Source: Magallana gigas (Eukaryota). From it: 64,000 bases of DNA. Where the stretch lies: positions 73,346,001-73,410,000 of the forward strand of contig NC_088853.1 in assembly GCF_963853765.1 (NCBI RefSeq). Reading direction: 5' to 3'. The notes beneath the pieces were generated by a model. The model was not told the DNA's origin. It was given only the letters and a program-made list of their open reading frames with translations, and ran no database searches. This document shows positions 56,449 to 64,000 of the stretch, one piece after another; the stretch's first letter is position 1, and each line of letters starts with the position of its first letter. Both the position numbers and the translations under genes were made by a program.

Positions 56449-57775
56449 CTTTCACATCCACCGCTAAATAACGAAAGAAGCATAACGAAGATGAGTGAAA
56501 ATCTCCATCTCGAAAGTGTTTGATTCCTTGTTCAAGTGTTTGATTCCTTGTTTCGTTTCTCGGACTGTAATTGTTTACCTTCAAATATCTTATGCTGATC
56601 AAATACAGAGAGGCCCATTGTTCGTGATCAATGTATTTATAAAGTTTTTTCTGCTTCATTACAGTGTGACATGAAACTTATAGGAGTGACTGGGAATCAG
56701 AGACGACCGGGAATCGGAGACTTCACTGTATTAACTCATCTTCACTGTATTAGCTTGTCTTCAACATAGGGTTTTTATGTGGTATTGATTTTGCTCTACA
56801 TCAATCTCGTAAACTTATTAAAAAAGACACTTTGAACAATTTCAATTCAATTTCAATTTCTTTATCAACCAATTAAGGGCCCTCAAGGGGCAACATGAAG
56901 ACTGTACATACAACATCCAATGTACACATCACACATTCAATGAACATGTATATAACAGTATAATAGTTTGAGGTCTCTTTACAGGTTCCTTGTGTATCAA
57001 TAAAGAGTGGACTGATGGAGCAAAGAAAGAGTTTATGTGGTATAGTATTCTTGTAATATCACCATGTTTGTGTAGCTATATAGTATTCATGTAATATCAC
57101 TATGTTTGCTTATTGAACTATGAACAATTGTTGACATGTACGTGAATGCATGTGCAATATTTTACAGCTATTAAAAATCGACCATAACTTTTACATCAAC
57201 CGCTAAAAAGTGAAAGTAGTATGTCAAAGACGTGTGAAAATCTCCATCTCAAAAGTGCTTGATCATGTTGATTCCTAATTCGTTTCTTAGACTGTAAATG
57301 TTTACCTTCAAATATTTTTTTTGCTGATCATGATCAATGTATTTATAAAGTTTGTTCTGCTTCATTACAGTGTGACATGAAACTTATAGGAGTGACTGGG
57401 AATCAGAGACGACCGGGAATCGGAGACTTCACTGTATTAACTCATCTTCACTGTATTAGCTTGTCTTCAACATAGGGTTTTTATGTGGTATTGATTTTGC
57501 TCTACATCAATCTCGTAAACTTATTAAAAAAGACAATAGGTTTTGCAACTTGAACATATATTAAGGAAATAAGAGTATAATAGTTTGAGGTCTTTTTACA
57601 GGTTCCTTGTGTATCAATAAAGAGTGGACTGATGGAGCAAAGAAAGAGTTTATGTGGTATAGTATTCTTGTAATATCACTATGTTTGTGTAGCTATATAG
57701 TATTCATGTAAAATCACTATGTTTGTGTAGCTATATAGTATTCATGTAATATCACTATGTTTGTGTAGCTATACT
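56449..57775. repeat. two-unit tandem duplication (about 620-700 bp) with a 38-bp sub-array
   Basis: Near-identical blocks at offsets 706 and 617; TAGTATTCATGTAATATCACTATGTTTGTGTAGCTATA repeated at about 57040-57110 and 57660-57770. Confidence 0.9.
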
Positions 57776-58182
57776 TTGTATTTTTAGGTCACCTGAGTCA
57801 TTCAGGAGACCCATTGCTATCACAAGTTCGTTGTCGTGTGTCATTCATAGACATTATAGTATTCATCTTTTAAATGGGTATGAGGGCAGTAGTCATAGTG
57901 TTAGTCCTGGGGTAAGATCTGTTGCCACAAAGCCTAGGTCGAGGACTGCATCAATTTCTTACCAAGGAACTGACAATATAACTATTGCCCTCATCCCCAT
58001 TTGATGGAAGATCTGTAAACAAGAATAACATATCCTTGTGGTAATGTCAGGGCCGGGATATTGTCCAATTATCTGCCCCGGGGACAGTCAAACAATCAGC
58101 CAGGATAAGGGGGATAGCCAATCAAATGTCAGAAGCCAGAAGTTAACATAAATGACCTCATATATAATTTGGAAAGTTCTCA

Positions 58183-59681
58183 TTAAGGTCTTCTGTTTCC
58201 AACGGAAGACCTTATTGTTTTTCTTAGGTTTCTTTTTCCCTATTATTATTATTTTTTTTTTTTTCTTACCGATTTTGTGCACGCGATTTCTCGGAAACGG
58301 CTCAACCGATTTATGTCAAATCTTCAGTTCTGATAGGTATTGATCTGAACCTTGTTGGAATTTTTTTTTGTTGATGACGTCACTTCCTGTCTTGAGATAT
58401 CGTGGATTTATCAGTTTTTATAGGGGTATTTTGTACGGAGAACTCCTCTTTTACCATTTAAGATATGATGTTGAACTTTTCAGGGCTGATAGACAAAAGA
58501 TTGAAATAGTGTTTAATGGTCTTGAATCATCTTTATGTCAAAGAGCGCCGAAGCTCGCCGGAGCTTGAAAATTAAGATTAAAAAGGCGTCGTGATTTTTC
58601 TTGGTTTTCTTTGAATATCTCTTTTCTCGAAAACATTTTGTTAAAACAAGTTGAACAAAAAAACTTAATTAAATCAAGAGCTTTTATTTGAGATCAAGAA
58701 AAAGGGGCTGGCCCTTCTAATAAGGGGCTGAGGGGGCTCTAAAGTCTTTTAAAGATAACTTTTTACCGTGAAATATTTTGTGATGCGTTATAGAAGCAAT
58801 TATGTTTATTCTTAGGTCATTAACCTAGTCATGGCAATCATTTTCTCGTATGTTACGTAATTAGGGATTTTAAGAGGCCAGAACTTTGATGCTCAATATC
58901 TCAAAATGAAGAAACATTTGGATAAGCAATATTGAACAAAAGATGCTCAAAATATTGAGCTTAACAATAATCAACTATAATTTCCTTGTTATGCGGTCCC
59001 TAAAAGGAGTTACAGGGTCGGCCCCTAACAAGACCCTCTCAAGATATCTCGAGAACGTACAAAATTTGTAATTACTTGTTGAACAAAAAGTGTTTGAATT
59101 GACAAGAGCTTTCATTTGAAATCATGAAAAAGGGGCTGGCCCTTCTAATAAGGGGCTGAGGGGGCTCTGAAGTCTTTTAATGATAACTTTTTACTGTTAA
59201 ATATTTTGTGATACGTTATAGAAGTAATTATGTTCATTCTACTGTTATGTATATGTACATGGCAATCATTTACTCTTATGTTACGTAATTAGGGATTTGA
59301 AGGGGCCAGAAGTCAAAAGCTTTGATGCTCAATATCTCAAAATGAAGAAACATTTGGATAAGCAATATTTTACAAAAGATGCTCAACATATTGAGCTTAA
59401 CAATGTACAACCATATTTTGTTTTTATCTGGACCCTAAAAGGAGTTTTAGGACCGGATATCAAAACGATTTTTCCCAGATATCTCAAAAACGGTAACCAA
59501 TTTCTAAATACTTATTAATGGTACACAAAAATACCTTTTAACTAAAATGAATGAAAAGGAGCTGATCTCTCAAATAAGGGACACCAAAGGTATAGATAGT
59601 CTTTCACTCATATAGCCTGCCTCCTTTTCCGGATACGTTTCGTTGATGAAGGTCAAGAGTAAGGTTATTCCATATTCTAAA

Positions 59682-59714
<33 letters not shown>

Positions 59715-59730
59715 AAGATCGTGTCTAGTT
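58183..59730 (+). mobile_element. Helentron/HINE-like element carrying an internal about 428-bp tandem repeat
   Basis: TAAGGTCTTC...GGAAGACCTTA subterminal palindrome; GGAAGACCTC...CGTTGCTCGCAAC hairpin at 3' end; monomer marker GGGGCTGGCCCTTCTAATAAGGGGCTG at 58704 and 59132. Confidence 0.7.
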
Positions 59731-60006
59731 TTACATATATTTGATAATAAGGTTTGATTTGTTTTTTGATAACAGTTAAAGTCTGTTCTCTACCTTGGGT
59801 AAAGACAATACTGCATGTAATTCATAAATTATCAATTGTAAATAAGAGCTCACTACAGATAATACATTTCACAAAAAAGTTGCAATAGGATCAGACAAAA
59901 TGCAAATTTTGGGTAAGCCCTCTTTTCTAAAACAGACCTAAAATTAAGTCTTGGTGATGTTGGAGAAAGGACCAAAGAAAACAAGAGTACATGTTTAGCA
60001 GAAAAA

Positions 60007-60009
<3 letters not shown>

Positions 60010-60068
<59 letters not shown>
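60010..60068. repeat. (AG)n microsatellite
   Basis: Pure AG run; further AG/CT runs at 2160-2202, 13338-13411 and 60849-60905. Confidence 0.95.
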
Positions 60069-60072
<4 letters not shown>

Positions 60073-60845
60073 TGTTGTTTGTTAAGGTATCCGATCTATA
60101 TTGGGACCTAATTTTTCAAACCTTGAATATCCATCATGTATTTAATACTCTGTTATTAATTTGTAGCAATTTAGATTATAGAAAAAGATTTCCAAACATA
60201 TATTATTACATGTAACTCAGCAGTAATTCATTAATGAAGATTGCATTAAGGTCTATGGGGAAAAGCAAAAAAGTGAATCAAAATAAAAAAGTGAATACTA
60301 AAAATATCAATAAATGCTTTGGTGGAAAGGTGTATTTTATCATTAGGTATACAAACTATTGAAACTAAATTTTATACCGTATAGATTTTTTTTAGAATTA
60401 ATTTTTATAGATTAAAGCAAAGGGGGGCAACTCTGCGGGTAAAGGTAAAAAGTCATTCATTGGGACACATTCAACTCTTACATATTAATACTTAAGCTTG
60501 AACATTATGTCCAAGTATAATGAGTAATAAGCCTATACATAGCTGTTATGCATCTAGATTCATTGACTCTGGGGCTATTCCAGAGTGTCCTTTTGGTGCT
60601 AGAACCATTATGACGTCATGATTTTGAAAATTCTTTTTCCCGTATTTAACGGCTTTAAAGGAGTTATGTAGACAATTCAACAATTTCTTGACATTCTATG
60701 TTAAATCGTGGGAAAAGTAATTCCGATACCTATATTCAATTTGACATCATTTTAAATAGGAGGTCAAGAGCTTGTTTAATTCCGTTTTGGGGGAGACTGT
60801 GAGACAAACAGAGCAAGAGTTCATGTACATGTTACAATAAAAGGG

Positions 60846-60906
<61 letters not shown>

Positions 60907-61329
60907 AAAGTGAGAAAATGATGAAAAAAGTGAAAGAGAGAAAGAAAGAATTAAAGAAGAGCAAGAGCGCATATTTAGCAGTGATTACCAAGTAAATAAC
61001 TGTTAAACAGGGAAAGTTTGAGACAGAGAGAGGAAGAGAAAGAGAGAAAGTACATATGTCTCCATTAGAGATAAATAGACACAGAAAGCTGGCATACATA
61101 GGTGGGAAAGACTGGAAGAAAGAGCATGGGTATTTCCTTAGCAGAGAATGTCAAAAAATAGTAAATGTCTGAAAGAGAGAGAGAGAGAGATAAAGAACAG
61201 ATGAGAGAGAGAAAGAGAGAGAGATAAAGTACAGATATAAGGTATCACACCGGTAATCGGCCAATCAAAATGAAATTAGCCAATTGTAGTTCTATATATA
61301 CTTCAGAATTATTTTTTTCCTTGACTGCA

Positions 61330-61560
61330 TTTTTAGCTCAACTGAACGAAGGTTCAAGTGAGCTTTTCTGATCACCTGTTGTCCGTCGTCCATCCATCCG
61401 TCCGTCTGTCCGTCCCTCTGTCCGTCCCTCTGTAAACTTTTCACATTTTTGACTTCTTCTCTAGAACCACTGAGCCAAATTTAACCAAACTTGGTACAAA
61501 GCATCCTAATGGGACGGGGATTCTAAATTATTAAAATAAAGGGCACAACCCTTTTTAGAC
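61330..61560 (+). mobile_element. Helitron-N/HINE (CvA/Pearl-like) 5' fragment
   Basis: TTTTAGCTCAACTGAAC...TTCAAGTGAGCTTTTCTGATCAC head, (GTCC)n microsatellite, then GTAAACTTTTCACATTTT..ACTTCTTCTC..AACCACTGAGCCAAATTTAACCAAACTTGG monomer, typical of bivalve HINEs. Another head fragment is at about 57781. Confidence 0.75.
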
Positions 61561-64000
61561 GGTGGCTATTTATATCCACTGTCTATTGCTACGGTCCTGA
61601 CCGGAAGGGTATTTCTCACGGGGACCCTAGCGGATAACGAACGATAACTCTGTTAGGTACATGTATGCAGTGTTTTATCTACGTGTCGATTTCAGTATGA
61701 GAACTCATTTTAATCTTATCAGATATTTTAAGCATTATAGCTGCTAATTATTTTGTACATACATTTAAATAATGTATGAAATTAGGTTTTATTTTAAATG
61801 AGCCGTTACCCTATCTGCTTACGCGGTATTAATAATATTAATTAAGGCTCAAACTGCCAGTTTTGACGTTTAACTCTGTATCAGGACTGCATATAAACTA
61901 TATCACTGCGATAATTGGTCAAGAGATCTCACAATAATTGCTTCTTTTTTTTTATGATATAAATAATTGTCAGAAACACACTATTTAAACTGGTTTTCCA
62001 TTTCATATTTCAGCAATTATGCTTCATCGATAAATTCAGCCATTTTCAACGCATTAGTTTTAGTTGAGCAGTATATTTTTTGTTGTTGAAGCTTATTCCA
62101 AAGAATTCACAACAGATACTGACAATGAATATTACATAAATTACATTTTATTGAACTTCAACCGATCAATGGCACAGTTTCTTCTACAAGTGTGCATGTG
62201 TTTTCAAACACACAAAAACTTTAAATTTACGATACAAATGTGTTAAATTTTCGACTGACCTGTGATTTACAATGTACCTTATTTCGTACCTCACTCAGTC
62301 TGTAGAAACATACATTTTATTACAGGCACCTCAATATTCATCAGACAATATTTACTGCAGATGTTGACGCTTTACTTGCTGCTGACTTTCTCTCAAACAC
62401 GCTAATCGACGTCGGATTGTAAAATTCACGTGCAAATCGAGTCCCCATTTTAAATGTTTATAAACTACATTTTACGATGTTTCAAAGATTTTTAGTTCAG
62501 ATTTTTTTTTACATATGCTGTAAAACGTCTTGTGGATTTCACGGCGTGTCAGCTCGTCTATCTCTAATTTGCAGCAAATGCTAGCTTTTTTGTGAGAAAA
62601 AACATGCGATATTCCATATACATTTATGGTACATAATGAACGGTAATGTAAGAGAGCATCTTTTTTTTGGTTTGGGGGCATTTTTTCACTAACAGATAAC
62701 ATTATTTACATATGTACGTAAACATCGCCCCGTTTGTTCTCAAATGATTCTTAATTCGCGAGTACAACTCTATTATGGACTTTCTTCGACATTTGTTTCC
62801 AAGTGTTAGCATCATTTTGTCAACATGCATTTACAAATAGGCGGGCCTATATAAATGCGCCAGTTTGTTGCGACTCGCAATTGAAATACACACCGGTTAG
62901 AAAGTGTCATCACTTAACACAATGCTACATCGGCCGTAGCGTATACATTCATGCTATATTTGCGATAAATAATGAAACATGAAGGCAAAAAAATGTGCTT
63001 CATAGATGACTGTAGAATTCTGCTGAGCTACAGAAATATAGCTTTCCGAATATATTGCCGGGATTTGCGAACCCTAGATCTATTGTTTAGTACATGCAAA
63101 GAATAAAATCAAAGAAGATAGGCGAATAAGGCGTGTAAAATGCCCATATGAGGAATGATAAGATACGGCAAAATTAAAATATCATTAAATCTGATACTTT
63201 TTTAAAAAATAATTAAAAACAATGTATATTTAACGTAACATCGGATTGTAATCTTTAAATATTTTAAATATACTTGCAATATATTGATTTAAACTGGCGT
63301 ATGCGTGTCAAAACCTCCTAATCGTGTATTTTTATAACTTCAATTCATTTTCTTTCATAGAGTGGGTCTGAGCTCAATATTTTTTTTTTACAGTCTAAAT
63401 GTGGTTTAATGGAATTTAATAAACCGATTGGACTCAACAAAAATGTGGAGAGATGACCCACTACAGTTCAAAAATGTCATTTTGTAGCTCAACAATTGAA
63501 AGTTTTAGAAATATAATACAAGTCCGAAAATTCGTGGTCATAGTCTCATATAGCATTTAAACAACGCACTTTGTTGTAAATGAAATGGCTCACCATGGTT
63601 AGAGCACCAGCCATTAGGAAACTTTATAGAACTTGGGTTCGATACCACCAAAACTTAAAAATTTATTATGTTTTTCTTATCTTTTTGAAATATTTCAAAC
63701 TGAATATAGTTAGAAATTACCATTTTGTAAACTTGCATAATAACATATCAAATATATTTAATTGAAAAAATGCTAAATTTGAAATTGTATTTTACAACTA
63801 AACCAAAAGGGCAGTTGCGCCATCTTATCCCCCCATCTTCTTTATATACACAGCTGTACGGTCAGAAAAACGTGCGTTCAGCTTGAATTTTGTTTGTTTG
63901 GTGTTTTTAAAAACTTATTTTGTATAATTAATCAATATTTGTTGTAAGTTTACTAGAAAAGTTTAATGTAGCAAGTAATTTATGCGTGTTAAAGTGTACT

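Noticed and set aside
61600-64000. Coding exons in the last 2.4 kb
   Set aside because: AT-rich, only short featureless ORFs, no consistent splice-bounded frame found.

Overview
AT-rich eukaryotic (animal) genomic DNA with four N-gaps. It is most consistent with a bivalve/oyster-like mollusc; this is inferred from the repeat families and gene content. Six spliced protein-coding genes could be reconstructed by hand from splice sites and reading frame: (1) a class I facilitated glucose transporter (SLC2A1/Glut1-like, + strand, 11 solid exons 15537-22215, first exon(s) ambiguous); (2-4) three tandem, co-oriented minus-strand genes for secreted proteins built from 3, 6 and 4 antistasin-like 6-Cys modules joined by Thr/His/Met-Gly-rich linkers; (5) a head-to-head, Cys-free, Arg/Asn/Ser-rich secreted orphan; (6) a secreted LRR-only protein. 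The rest is satellites, microsatellites, MITEs, a hAT deletion derivative, Helentron/HINE-like elements, a Penelope-like RT fragment and a gag-only LTR remnant. The most notable observations are a compact five-gene secretory cluster (inferred biomineral/matrix or defence module) and repeated arrays of decaying copies of splice junctions next to real exons in two unrelated genes.
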